A stretch of 64,000 nt of DNA from Parcubacteria group bacterium (GTDB lineage Bacteria > Patescibacteriota > Minisyncoccia > Moranbacterales > UBA11712). A program made the translations under genes and the position numbers. Every line of letters starts with the position of its first letter. Position 1 is the first letter of the stretch. Below, piece after piece: positions 29,613-39,104 of the stretch. The stretch lies in contig JBAZXV010000002.1 of NCBI GenBank assembly GCA_041659685.1, forward strand, positions 39,527 through 103,526, given 5' to 3'. A model generated the notes under the pieces. It worked only from the letters and a program-made list of their open reading frames with translations, did not search any database and had not been told where the DNA came from.

Positions 29613-29927
29613 ATGAAAAAATGTCAGTTTTGTGCGGAAGAAATACAAGATGAAGCAATAAAATGCCGATTTTGCGGTAGCTTATTAAATGGAAATACAT
29701 CCGCAGAAGCCCCAGCCATTCAAGTCGAAGTTCGTCCTCCCATTAAACAATTGAAAAAGGCATTTGGTTGTATAACAGCTGTGGTGATAGTCGTTTGGCT
29801 TTTAGAAGCAATGATTTTTATTCCCTGGGCTGTATTTTCTCACTCTTTTTTTCCAATAGCACTCCTAATATTCTTTGGTTTAGCGGGATTTGGCTTAATA
29901 GCATTTTGGAAGTGGTTTTATAAATAA
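29613..29927 (+). CDS. Zinc-ribbon plus 2-TM membrane protein
   Basis: [19 protein letters not shown]; same N-terminus as 2719-4314. Confidence 0.75.
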   Translation: MKKCQFCAEEIQDEAIKCRFCGSLLNGNTSAEAPAIQVEVRPPIKQLKKAFGCITAVVIVVWLLEAMIFIPWAVFSHSFFPIALLIFFGLAGFGLIAFWKWFYK

Positions 29928-29941
29928 ATATCATTAACAAT

Positions 29942-30862
29942 ATGCCAATATTCAAAATTGAAAAAAACAAACTCGCGCCGATAAATGAGAAAAAAATTGA
30001 CCTTGAAAAGGATATTCAGAAAATAACCGAAGAAAATCTCGAAACAGTTTTTAGTTTGAAGTTTGTGAGTTCAGAGTTCGCGCTTCACGGCTTTCGTATT
30101 GATACACTGGCTTTTGACAATGAGGCAAAATCTTTCGTGATTATAGAATTTAAGCGCGACAGGAGTTTCAGCGTTGTTGACCAGGGTTTTGCCTATCTTG
30201 CTTTGATGGTGAATAATAAATCGGATTTTATTTTGGAGTTCAATGAAAAGACAAGCAAGAATCTCAAACGGGAAGATGTTGACTGGTCGCAGTCGAGAGT
30301 AATGTTTGTTGCAAATTCTTTCACAAATTATCAGCAAAATGCAATCAACTTCAAAGATTTGCCGATTGAGCTTTGGGAAACGAAAGTCTTCGACAACGAC
30401 ACGATTTATTTTAATCAGATAATATCTTCCAACTCGCAGGAATCAATCAACAAATTGGTGAAAAATAAGGAAATTGAAAAAGTAAGTCGCGAAATAAAAA
30501 AATACGCGATTGATGACCACTTCAAAAAGGACTGGATACACACGAGGGAATTATTTGAGGAAATTCGAGAGAAGATATTGGCACTCGACGGCAGAATCGA
30601 GGAATCCGTGAAGAAATACTATATTGGCTATAAAATAGGGTTTTATAATATCTGTTCAATTCACTCCTACAAATCAAAGCTGATATTGCATCTTGTGAGA
30701 GTTGAGAAAAATGATTTGAAAGACCCCGAAAACAAAATTGAAATTATTCCTTGGGAGCAAAGAGGCTGGGGAAAACTTTGCGGCTATACAATTTCAAAAT
30801 CAGAAGACATAGATTATGCGCTGTTTCTCATTAAGCAGGTCTATGAAAAATTTTATAAATAA
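29942..30862 (+). CDS. NucS-like PD-(D/E)xK nuclease with DUF5655-like C-terminus
   Basis: LEKDIQ...RIDTLA...IIEFKR...QG..Y; KYYIGYK. Confidence 0.75.
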   Translation: MPIFKIEKNKLAPINEKKIDLEKDIQKITEENLETVFSLKFVSSEFALHGFRIDTLAFDNEAKSFVIIEFKRDRSFSVVDQGFAYLALMVNNKSDFILEFNEKTSKNLKREDVDWSQSRVMFVANSFTNYQQNAINFKDLPIELWETKVFDNDTIYFNQIISSNSQESINKLVKNKEIEKVSREIKKYAIDDHFKKDWIHTRELFEEIREKILALDGRIEESVKKYYIGYKIGFYNICSIHSYKSKLILHLVRVEKNDLKDPENKIEIIPWEQRGWGKLCGYTISKSEDIDYALFLIKQVYEKFYK

Positions 30863-30863
30863 T

Positions 30864-31642
30864 ATGAAAATATCCAAACTAAAAAAAGGAAAAATTAAAA
30901 ATCGCAGAGGACAAAACATAGCAGTTTTGTTAGAAGAAGCCGAAAATCCGAAAGGTCTGCTTTTGTGATGCACGGACTTGGGGGGTTCAAAGAGCAACCG
31001 CATATCGAAACTTTCGCCCAAGCCTTCAAAGAAAAACATTACACGGTCATTCGCTTTGATACGACTAATACCTTTGGCGAAAGCGACGGCGATTATCAAG
31101 ATGCCACTACAACGAATTATTATGAGGATTTAGAGGATGTTATCAAGTGGGCTAAAGCGCAAGTTTGGTATAAAGAGCCGTTTGTTTTAGCTGGTCATAG
31201 TCTGGGAGGAATATGTTCTGCTCTTTATGCCGAGAAATATCCAAAAAAAGTTAAAGCTCTCGCTCCAATATCCACGGTTGTTTCAGGCGAATTGACTTTG
31301 AAAACCGATAGGGAAGATGTCAAAAATTGGGAAAAAACAGGCTGGAGAATTTCGCAGAGCAAATCAAAGCCAGGCGTGATAAAAAGGTTGCCTTGGTCGC
31401 ATATGGGAGACCGCTTGAAATATGATTTATTGCCCAATGTGAAAAAACTCACAATGCCAGTGTTGCTCATTGTGGGCGAAAAAGATAACTCAACTCCTCC
31501 AGAGCACCAAAAGATTCTTTTTGATAAACTGCCTGGCAAAAAGGAACTTCATATCATTAAAGGTTCTGAACACACCTTTAGGGAGCAGAAACATTTGGAT
31601 AAAATAAAACAAATTTTTCTTGATTGGATTGACAAGTTATAG
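30864..31642 (+). pseudogene. Alpha/beta hydrolase, frameshifted near 30958
   Basis: N-terminus MKISK...NPKGL in one frame, VMHGLGG...GHSLGG...GEKD...GSEH in another. Confidence 0.7.
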
Positions 31643-31646
31643 TTTT

Positions 31647-31919
31647 ATGGCAACCATTCGCAAAAAAGTTTGGAAGGAATACTTTGGGAAGATAATCGCC
31701 AGAGAAAAGAGATTCGAGCTTCGCTTGGCTGATTTTGAAATCAACGAGGGCGACACTTTTGTTTTGGAAGAATGGGACAATGAAAAACAGGAATACACTG
31801 GTAGGAAAACTGAAACGACTGCAACCTACATACTCAAAACCAAAGACCTGCCATTTTGGTCGCAGGAAGAGGTTGATAAGTATGGTTTTCAAATAATTCA
31901 GTTTGATATAAAAAAATAA
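31647..31919 (+). CDS. ASCH/DUF3850-like protein
   Basis: KVWKEYF...KRFELR...GD..VLEEW...YTGR. Confidence 0.8.
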   Translation: MATIRKKVWKEYFGKIIAREKRFELRLADFEINEGDTFVLEEWDNEKQEYTGRKTETTATYILKTKDLPFWSQEEVDKYGFQIIQFDIKK

Positions 31920-31928
31920 ATAAAACTT

Positions 31929-32471
31929 ATGAAAAACGCAATAATATTACACGGCACGGGAGATTCGCCAAATGATTTTTGGTTTCCTTACCTTAAAAGA
32001 GAGTTAGAAGCACGAGGATATGAGGTGTGGATTCCCAGCCTTCCAAATGCAGACAATCCAAATTTGAAAGATTGGCTTCCATTTATCCTCGAAAATGGGA
32101 AGTTTTCTGCTGATACGATAATTATTGGTCATTCGGCTGGTGCTCAAATAATTTTGAGTCTTCTTGAAAAGATTGATGTAAAAGTCAGTCAGGTTATTTT
32201 AGTGTCTGGCTATGCTAAAGCACTCCGTAAGGATATGAACAGCGAAAAAAATGTTGATGAATATAACTGGGAGGAAATAAAACCAAAATCCCAGCGGTTT
32301 ATATTCATTAATTCCGATAATGACCCTTGGACTTGTGATGACAAGCAGGGAAGAATAATGTTTGATAATCTTGGCGGAATGCAGATTATTCTTCACGAGG
32401 GGCATATGGGTTCGACCACATATAAACAACCCTATAAGGAATTTCCATTATTACTAAATCTTATTAGCTAA
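31929..32471 (+). CDS. RBBP9/YdeN family serine hydrolase
   Basis: ILHG, WFPYL, GHSAG, SDNDPW, GH. Confidence 0.88.
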   Translation: MKNAIILHGTGDSPNDFWFPYLKRELEARGYEVWIPSLPNADNPNLKDWLPFILENGKFSADTIIIGHSAGAQIILSLLEKIDVKVSQVILVSGYAKALRKDMNSEKNVDEYNWEEIKPKSQRFIFINSDNDPWTCDDKQGRIMFDNLGGMQIILHEGHMGSTTYKQPYKEFPLLLNLIS

Positions 32472-32500
32472 CCCAATAAATATTATTTACAGATATTATA

Positions 32501-33402
32501 ATGGAACAGCCTAAATTTATAGAATTTAAAACGAAGGACGGACTAAAATTGCCTGGTCTGTTGTATGGGGTGAAAAAAACCGAAAAAATTGCTATATATT
32601 TGCACGGCAATGGAAGTTCATCAGTTTTTTATGACAAGACTGAAAATAAGATATTGGCGGATGCTCTTAAAAAACATAATATCTCAATAATGTTTTTCAA
32701 CAATAGAGGTGCTAACATTGTTAAGAAACTCGATGTGAAAAAAGGCGAAAGAAAAGAAAGAAAAAAATATGGAATGGCATTTGAGAAAATCAAAGAATGC
32801 ATTGAAGATATTGACGGAGCAATTTATTTTTTGGGCAAGCTGGGTTATAAAGAATTTTATTTGATTGGTTCGTCCACAGGGGCTAATAAAGTTTGCGTAT
32901 ATAATTTCTATAAACCTAAAAATCAAATTATTAAGTATGTTTTGCTTTCTGGTGGTGATGATACAGGTATTTATTACCAATTACTTGGAAAAAAGAGATT
33001 TGTCGAATTGTTGTCTAAAGCGAATAAAAAAATCAAAGCTGGCAAGGGTGAAGAAATTATTTCCGAGCTATTAGCTTATGACCTTATATTTTCCCACAAA
33101 GGTTTCTATGATATTGCCAATCCTGATGGGGACTATAATGTATTTCCGTTTTACGAAGAATTGAAAAAAATAATTTATCCACCAAAATCCGCTTTCGACA
33201 TTTTAAATCAATAAAAAAGCCGACATTAGTTGTATATGGTGAGTTGGACAAATATACTTGGGGAGATGCCAATAAGGTCGTGAGTATTTTGAGAGATTTT
33301 AAACCAAATTTCAAATACGAAGTTATAAAGGGAGCGGGTCATTCATTTGAAAAATACGAAGCTCAAATGGCTAAGACTGTGGCTGGCTGGCTTAACCGCT
33401 AG
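32501..33402 (+). pseudogene. Alpha/beta hydrolase (DUF1749-like), frameshifted at A7 run 33164-33170
   Basis: HGNGS, GSSTG; C-terminus PTLVVYGELD...GAGHSF continues in the -1 frame to TAG 33402. Confidence 0.75.
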
Positions 33403-33498
33403 TATAATTTCAACAGAAAAAGCGAAGGTGATTACGAAAAAAATGTGTGAGTAGGCTATAAGGCAAATAGATAAGATACTCTGGAATTTGTATGCGCT

Positions 33499-34098
33499 AT
33501 GAGACAAAAATTTTCAAAAAAAATATTTTCGGATGAGGATGCATTCCATATGAGCACTCCCGAAATTATCGGAGAACATATTTCAAATCAATTAGCTCAT
33601 TATAAGACTTGTGCCGAGTTATGCTGTGCTGTTGGTATGCTTTCGGTTCAATTGGCAAAGCGAATGGATAAAGTTTTTGCGATTGATATTGACGAGAAGA
33701 GAATAAGCGATAGCAGAAAAAATGCTGAGCTTTATGGAGTTGCCGAAAAAATAAAATTCATCAAGGGTAATGTATTGGATGAACATTTACTCAAAAAATT
33801 AACAGCAGAGGTCGTTATCCTTGACCCTGACTGGAGTAGGAAAGGGATGTCCAAATCATTGCACGTGGTAAGTATTGACGATACCCAACCAAGTTTACGA
33901 GAAATGTTTAACTTAGCGAAGAAGCTTATCTCGAAAAATATTGTAGTGAGAATTCCAAAAACCTTTAACCTCTCGACTATTTCAGAGTTGGGGATTTGTA
34001 AAATCGAGAATATTATTTGGGATGGAGAAATAAAATTCAAAATAGCTTATTTTTTGGAAGGAATAAATAGCAGTGAGGAAGTCGATTTCGTATTTTAA
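33499..34098 (+). CDS. Class I SAM methyltransferase, Tgs1/RsmD-like
   Basis: STPEIIGEHI, ELCCAVG, AIDID, LDPDW. Confidence 0.75.
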   Translation: MRQKFSKKIFSDEDAFHMSTPEIIGEHISNQLAHYKTCAELCCAVGMLSVQLAKRMDKVFAIDIDEKRISDSRKNAELYGVAEKIKFIKGNVLDEHLLKKLTAEVVILDPDWSRKGMSKSLHVVSIDDTQPSLREMFNLAKKLISKNIVVRIPKTFNLSTISELGICKIENIIWDGEIKFKIAYFLEGINSSEEVDFVF

Positions 34099-34230
34099 TT
34101 TCTGCTATAAAACAATGAAAGACAAATTAGAAGTATATTTGAAAGAGAAGATACTGCCTGATTTAGAAAAAAGTCGTGAAAGAGGAATCGAAGCCAAAGC
34201 AGTATTTCATAAAATTTTCAGACTGATTTT

Positions 34231-35229
34231 ATGAATAAGAAAGTTAAATTCGGCATAATATTGGGAATAGGCTTGCTTCTTATTGCAGGATTATTCATAG
34301 CATATCGAATACTTTTTGGTGCGCCTCAAAAGCAAGGGGGAAGCGAAATTTTTACGGTTGGGATGAAGCAGGATGAATCGCAAATTTTGGATAAACTAAA
34401 GAGCCAAGGCTTTATCAGAAATAAGTTGGCATTCAATTTAGTTCTGTCTCTTACACGCCAGCACGGAAAGATAACTCCTGGCGGATATAACTTATCCAAA
34501 AATTTAAGCGTTTGGCAATTGGAAAATAAAATAACCGCTGCTCCTGATATGAAATGGGTTGTAATTCCCGAAGGCTGGAGAAAAGAACAAGTAGGGGAAC
34601 TTCTGACGAAAACTTTCAACTGGAGCGATGATGAGCTTGTGAAATGGAATACGGTCTACACCAAAATGAGGATTGATTATATTGAAGGAACATATTTTCC
34701 CGACACTTATCTCATTCCAGTAAACGAAAACGGCTTGGATGTTGCCAATCGGATGGCAAGACGTTTTGATGAACAATTCGCTCCCTATATCAACCAATTT
34801 GCCCAGCAAAACATTGTCTGGACAACGGGAATCAAAATGGCTTCGATTATCCAGCGGGAAGCTGGAGGGAAAGATGATATGCCCATCATTGCGGGGATAA
34901 TGTGGAATCGGCTTAATCAGGGAATGAATTTGGAGGTGGATGCGACTGTTCAGTATGCACGAGGGAAAACTGATACAGGTTGGTGGGCGCCTATCAAGCC
35001 AGAAGACATAACCAACATTGATTCTCCGTATAACACTTATAAATATAAAGGCTTGCCCCCGCATCCAATTGACAGTCCTGGAATTGATGCGATTGAGGCG
35101 GTCTTGCATCCCGCGGAAACGGACTGCCTATATTATTTGCACGATAGCAATCGGCAAATTCATTGTGCCAAAACATACGAAGGGCACCAAGCAAATATTG
35201 AGCAATATTTAGAAAAAGTGGAAAAATAA
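34231..35229 (+). CDS. mltG: Endolytic transglycosylase MltG (YceG family)
   Basis: IPEG, EGTYFPDTY, ASIIQRE, SPYNTY, GLPPHPI. Confidence 0.9.
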   Translation: MNKKVKFGIILGIGLLLIAGLFIAYRILFGAPQKQGGSEIFTVGMKQDESQILDKLKSQGFIRNKLAFNLVLSLTRQHGKITPGGYNLSKNLSVWQLENKITAAPDMKWVVIPEGWRKEQVGELLTKTFNWSDDELVKWNTVYTKMRIDYIEGTYFPDTYLIPVNENGLDVANRMARRFDEQFAPYINQFAQQNIVWTTGIKMASIIQREAGGKDDMPIIAGIMWNRLNQGMNLEVDATVQYARGKTDTGWWAPIKPEDITNIDSPYNTYKYKGLPPHPIDSPGIDAIEAVLHPAETDCLYYLHDSNRQIHCAKTYEGHQANIEQYLEKVEK

Positions 35230-35292
35230 TAAGGATTATCCCAAGCGTCCCCGTCTTTCTTATATAATCTCATACAATCTTATATAGTCGGA

Positions 35293-35502
35293 ATGAGCAA
35301 GAAAAAAATCAAAAAAGAAATCGAGATGTATGTTAAGTGCTTAAAATGCGGCGAGGAAATCAAGGGTGATACAAATAAGAAGATGATTCCCTGCAAATGC
35401 GGCACAATTGAGGTTGACGGGTGCGAATTTTATATACGGATTATCGGCAACAAGCAGGATTATAAAATGATTCCGCGAAAATTAAAGAATAGCACGAACT
35501 GA
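35293..35502 (+). CDS. Small zinc-binding protein
   Basis: CLKC...CKCG..EVDG. Confidence 0.65.
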   Translation: MSKKKIKKEIEMYVKCLKCGEEIKGDTNKKMIPCKCGTIEVDGCEFYIRIIGNKQDYKMIPRKLKNSTN

Positions 35503-35512
35503 ACTTCCCTAT

Positions 35513-35540
35513 TTGACAAGAAATATGAGGGGTATATAAT
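35513..35540 (+). promoter_or_regulatory. Sigma70 promoter of putative replication operon
   Basis: TTGACA-16bp-TATAAT. Confidence 0.65.
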
Positions 35541-35755
35541 AACACTAACGTTCGGGGATGCGGTTTTCGAAAGGCTAGACGGGGATGAGCGAGAACTGCA
35601 AGAACTGTAAAAAAGATTTTCAAAAGACACTAAAAAGACGCTCAAGAGGCATTGAGAAGATGTCCAAAAGCTTATTTTAGTGTCTTTTTTTTGTTATCAA
35701 AAGAACGCGCGTAAATCTCGTTTTTAAAAGTTAATAATTTTTTAAGTTAAAATTT

Positions 35756-36118
35756 ATGAAAATGCCAAAGAGACCTCGAAACTTCGAGGTATTCGTCAGA
35801 GAAAGGGTGAGAGAGCCTGTGCCGTATTACTCATTTTTTCTTGATATGGTCGACGGCGAGAGTGTGCCAGCCGCGCTGGTTATGTCACTCATTTACGACG
35901 CCTATTGCCAAAGAAATGGGAAAGACAATGTATTGTATTTGGAAGATGATATTGCGTATCGCACGGGTTTGCCGAAAGAGCAATGCGAAGATGCTATTGA
36001 AATTTGGGAACGGATGGGGGTCTTGAAGGTTGATAAAATGAGCGAGGAAAAGGCAGTGTATGAAGTCAACTTGAAGTTGATTTTCGAGTTCTTGGTCAGT
36101 GGTTATTTTGGCAGGTAA
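35756..36118 (+). CDS. Winged-helix-like hypothetical protein
   Basis: DIAYRTGL...AIEIWERMGVLKV pattern. Confidence 0.55.
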   Translation: MKMPKRPRNFEVFVRERVREPVPYYSFFLDMVDGESVPAALVMSLIYDAYCQRNGKDNVLYLEDDIAYRTGLPKEQCEDAIEIWERMGVLKVDKMSEEKAVYEVNLKLIFEFLVSGYFGR

Positions 36119-36198
36119 ACGTGGTTGTCTAAAAAAACGTGCAGACGGCAAGCCACGGATATTAAGTGAGTTCCAAAAAGATTTTCACGAGAAATTTT

Positions 36199-37299
36199 AT
36201 GTCCGATTCCCTCAAAATTTATGCGCACAAAGAACGCGGGCACATCTTCATAAATTTTTTTGAGGGAATAGAAAAATGGGAAGCTGTAGAATTACTAAAG
36301 GATGTCGTTATTCCTAAATTCCGGTTTCAAGTCAGTAGCAGGCGCGAGGAAGGGAGCTGGGGAAGCATCATATCGGTTTTTTGGAAGGGACGGAGACTTG
36401 GAGGAATCAATTTGAAAACGGGTAAATTTTCCGTTGATACGAAACAGGGTTTGAGGCAAGGTGTGGAAGAACTGCTGGCGCAACTAGGGAAATACATCCC
36501 ACTCGATGTTTCGTGGATACATTACGATTATGTCGAAATTTGCACCCGTTTTCCGCGGGAACACTTCCAAAGAGCCGTCGAGATAATGCGGGAATTTAAG
36601 GAGAAATACCGAACCACCCAGTCGATATTGCATACGAAGGAACACGATTCCATAGACGGAGTTGCCGAATGTCTAGCCAATAATATGTTGTTTTCCAATC
36701 GCGTGCTAAATCTGAAAATTTACAGATTTTACGATTATGACACGGACAAGAAGTTTCGTTTTAAGAACATACGGGGCGAATCGCTTTTGAAAAATCCTAA
36801 ATTTGAAATTCAGATAGATGAGCCAGAGACGATGGAAAATGCCCTCCGCGAAGCCGTGCCGATTATGATTGCCTTTTTCAAAGAATTAGGTTGTGAGCCG
36901 ACAGCGATGGATGAGACGGATGAAATTGACGATTATCAACTGGTTGAGCAGACGGCGGGATTTGAGAAATACGGGCAAAAGATTTTTGACAACATTTCTA
37001 GGGGAAACAAAATTTATATCCCGCATTTATACGGCTTCGATTTTACGGGAGGAAGGGAGGCGAGGAGAAACAAAATGCTTGCGCTGGTTGCGAAGAAACC
37101 GCGGACAATAAAGGAAATAAAGGAGGAATTGAATGTTTGCAGAAACACGATAAGCGCGGATTTGAAATGGCTGGAAGAGAGGAGGCTAATTGAAGTTCGC
37201 GGACGGCACGGTCTGGCGCATTATCACGCCGCAACCCTGCCGCGAGACTGGGATAACATACCCGCCCCAGCCTGCTCAAACGCAAATATCAAGTTATAA
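36199..37299 (+). CDS. Putative replication protein with C-terminal wHTH
   Basis: TIKEIKEELNVCRNTISADLKWLEERRLI HTH; position equivalent to the element 1 replication module. Confidence 0.5.
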   Translation: MSDSLKIYAHKERGHIFINFFEGIEKWEAVELLKDVVIPKFRFQVSSRREEGSWGSIISVFWKGRRLGGINLKTGKFSVDTKQGLRQGVEELLAQLGKYIPLDVSWIHYDYVEICTRFPREHFQRAVEIMREFKEKYRTTQSILHTKEHDSIDGVAECLANNMLFSNRVLNLKIYRFYDYDTDKKFRFKNIRGESLLKNPKFEIQIDEPETMENALREAVPIMIAFFKELGCEPTAMDETDEIDDYQLVEQTAGFEKYGQKIFDNISRGNKIYIPHLYGFDFTGGREARRNKMLALVAKKPRTIKEIKEELNVCRNTISADLKWLEERRLIEVRGRHGLAHYHAATLPRDWDNIPAPACSNANIKL

Positions 37300-37311
37300 C
37301 CGATTATATCA

Positions 37312-38307
37312 ATGGATGAGAAGACAAAAAATCTAGTCGAAGAATTTCTGCTCAAATCCGAAGCGAAGGGAGAAATTTCTGACTCCACGGTCGTGAAGTA
37401 TCGAAGTCTCCTTCTTTACTTTTTCAAATTGATGGGCAAAAGCATTTTCAATTTGACGGCTGGAGACTTTGATAATTTCATAGTCCAGAAGAAGAATTAC
37501 GAAGAGAAGCCTGTCCTAGCTACAACGCTTCGAAACTACGCTTTCGCTCTTCGGAAATTCGTCGCTTATCTCAAAAAAAACGGCGTGGATTTGAAAATCG
37601 GTGCAAGCGATATTGAGATTCCCAAGGATAAGCGGAAGCGCAAGCCCGTTTATCTGACCGATGAAGAGGTGCTTCGTTTCCTTGCCGCTATTTCGGAAGA
37701 CGGGACTGAATTGCGTGTAGTTCGGTTCTATACTCTTGTTCAGCTCCTGCTTGATTCGGGGTCAAGAATCAGCGAAGCATTGTCCGTAAAGGTAAAAGAC
37801 ATTGACTGGGAGAAGCGGACGGTGGATATTGTCGGCAAGAATGACAAGGAGAGGACGCTTATGTTTGGAAGCGAAGCTGAACAATGGCTCAAACGATATT
37901 TGGCGAGGCGCAAGAGCGATAACGAGTATCTGTTCACTACGATAGACGGCAAGAGGCAATGGAAGAAGTTTGAGATTGATGACCTCTTTCGACGATACGC
38001 CAAGAAGGCTGGGATAACCAAGCAAACGACCGCCCACGCTATGCGCAGGACTTGTGCCACGCGGATGTTGCGCAGGGGTCTTAAAATCAACGATGTTTCA
38101 TATCTGCTGGGACACGCAGATTCGCAGACCACTCTAAAGTATTATATCGGCGTTCCCACTACAGACGAGTTGCGCGAGAAGATAACCGACGACTACTACA
38201 AGTTCGCTCCCGAATCGGAACTGAAAAGGCTCGGCTTTCAAAACAAGGCTGGTTTAGCTGGTGCGGGCGACGCTAATGATGATTTGCCCCATTGTCCCAA
38301 ATGGTAG
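37312..38307 (+). CDS. Tyrosine recombinase/integrase
   Basis: SGSRISE, HAMRR, LGH...TTLKYY. Confidence 0.92.
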   Translation: MDEKTKNLVEEFLLKSEAKGEISDSTVVKYRSLLLYFFKLMGKSIFNLTAGDFDNFIVQKKNYEEKPVLATTLRNYAFALRKFVAYLKKNGVDLKIGASDIEIPKDKRKRKPVYLTDEEVLRFLAAISEDGTELRVVRFYTLVQLLLDSGSRISEALSVKVKDIDWEKRTVDIVGKNDKERTLMFGSEAEQWLKRYLARRKSDNEYLFTTIDGKRQWKKFEIDDLFRRYAKKAGITKQTTAHAMRRTCATRMLRRGLKINDVSYLLGHADSQTTLKYYIGVPTTDELREKITDDYYKFAPESELKRLGFQNKAGLAGAGDANDDLPHCPKW

Positions 38308-38327
38308 CGTCGCCCGCGCCAGCTAAA
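38253..38327. repeat. 23-bp inverted repeat over the integrase 3' end
   Basis: TTTAGCTGGTGCGGGCGACGCTA / TAGCGTCGCCCGCGCCAGCTAAA (22/23). Confidence 0.85.
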
Positions 38328-38348
38328 TGGTATAGCATCACTAAATAA

Positions 38349-38582
38349 ATGAAATCAATCGAACGAAAATTTAAGGAGATTAAGGGAAAGAAGCCGTGGC
38401 TAAGTTCGCATAGTCATTTCGTCGAGGCGATAACGGGCAAGAGATTCAGCTCAAAGACAATGCGGATTTGGTTTTATAAACTTGTCGAAAAAGACGACTA
38501 CGACAAAAGCAACAAAAAAGAGGTGTTGGAATATCTGGAGTCGCGATTGAAACCTTTGAGGACGGAAAAAAACAGGGGGTAA
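38349..38582 (+). CDS. Small basic hypothetical protein
   Basis: 77-aa ORF near the right end of the element. Confidence 0.55.
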   Translation: MKSIERKFKEIKGKKPWLSSHSHFVEAITGKRFSSKTMRIWFYKLVEKDDYDKSNKKEVLEYLESRLKPLRTEKNRG

Positions 38583-38809
38583 AGGGGTCTAGGAGACGCG
38601 AAAAAAACGAAGACGGTGTATTTTGCATTCCAGGGAGATATGAAACGCTGGGCGCGAGAATAAAAAAATTGACAACTCGAAAATTTTTTGCTAGACTTCT
38701 TTTAGAAAGTGATGATATTTCCCAAAGATAATCAATTTTTTGCAATCGAGATTCGGTAAGTCGACTTGTCCACAATTCAAATTTTTGGCTTGTCCTAAGT
38801 CCGCCCCAC

Positions 38810-38947
38810 TCACCTCCTTTCTAGGGAGATACGGTGAAAGAGTTGATGTTCAGCATCAACTTCTCAATCCTAAATGGTCGTTCGTTAGCCTTCGGGCTGA
38901 TGGATAAAATAGACTCAAAAGCATCAGGACAACCGCAAAAGTTTGCG
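38810..38947 (+). repeat. Junction repeat copy 2: 16S 3'-end plus trailer
   Basis: TCACCTCCTTTCTAGGGAGATACGGTGA, hairpins, GGACAACCGCAAAAGTTTGCG. Confidence 0.78.
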
Positions 38948-39045
38948 AATAAAATTATGAAAGCATCAATTTGCCAAAAACACATGCATCAAATCAATCC
39001 TTCTTTCAAGGTTGGTTTTTGATGTGACTTTTTTGCATAGACACT

Positions 39046-39075
39046 AAAGACGAGCCCTGAAACGGGCTCGTCTTT
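39046..39075 (+). terminator. 12-bp hairpin upstream of hisG
   Basis: AAAGACGAGCCC-TGAAAC-GGGCTCGTCTTT. Confidence 0.55.
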
Positions 39076-39104
39076 TGAATTTCAACATTCTGGAGGAAAG
39101 AAAA

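Larger units (their letters stand above)
15027..38830. mobile_element. Integrative element 2 (~23.8 kb), satellite-like, three tyrosine recombinases
   Basis: Bounded by a perfect direct repeat CACCTCCTTTCTAGGGAGATACGGTGA (15027 and 38811); integrases near both ends; terS; type I RM cargo. Confidence 0.8.

Noticed and set aside
38858-38874. CAACTTCTCAATCCTAA resembling the dif-like site at 661-679
   Set aside because: Lacks the right arm, needs a 2-nt gap, and is explained by the trailer hairpin; likely coincidental.
38958-39022. his attenuator leader peptide (MKASICQKHMHQ...)
   Set aside because: Only two non-adjacent His codons; no clear antiterminator.
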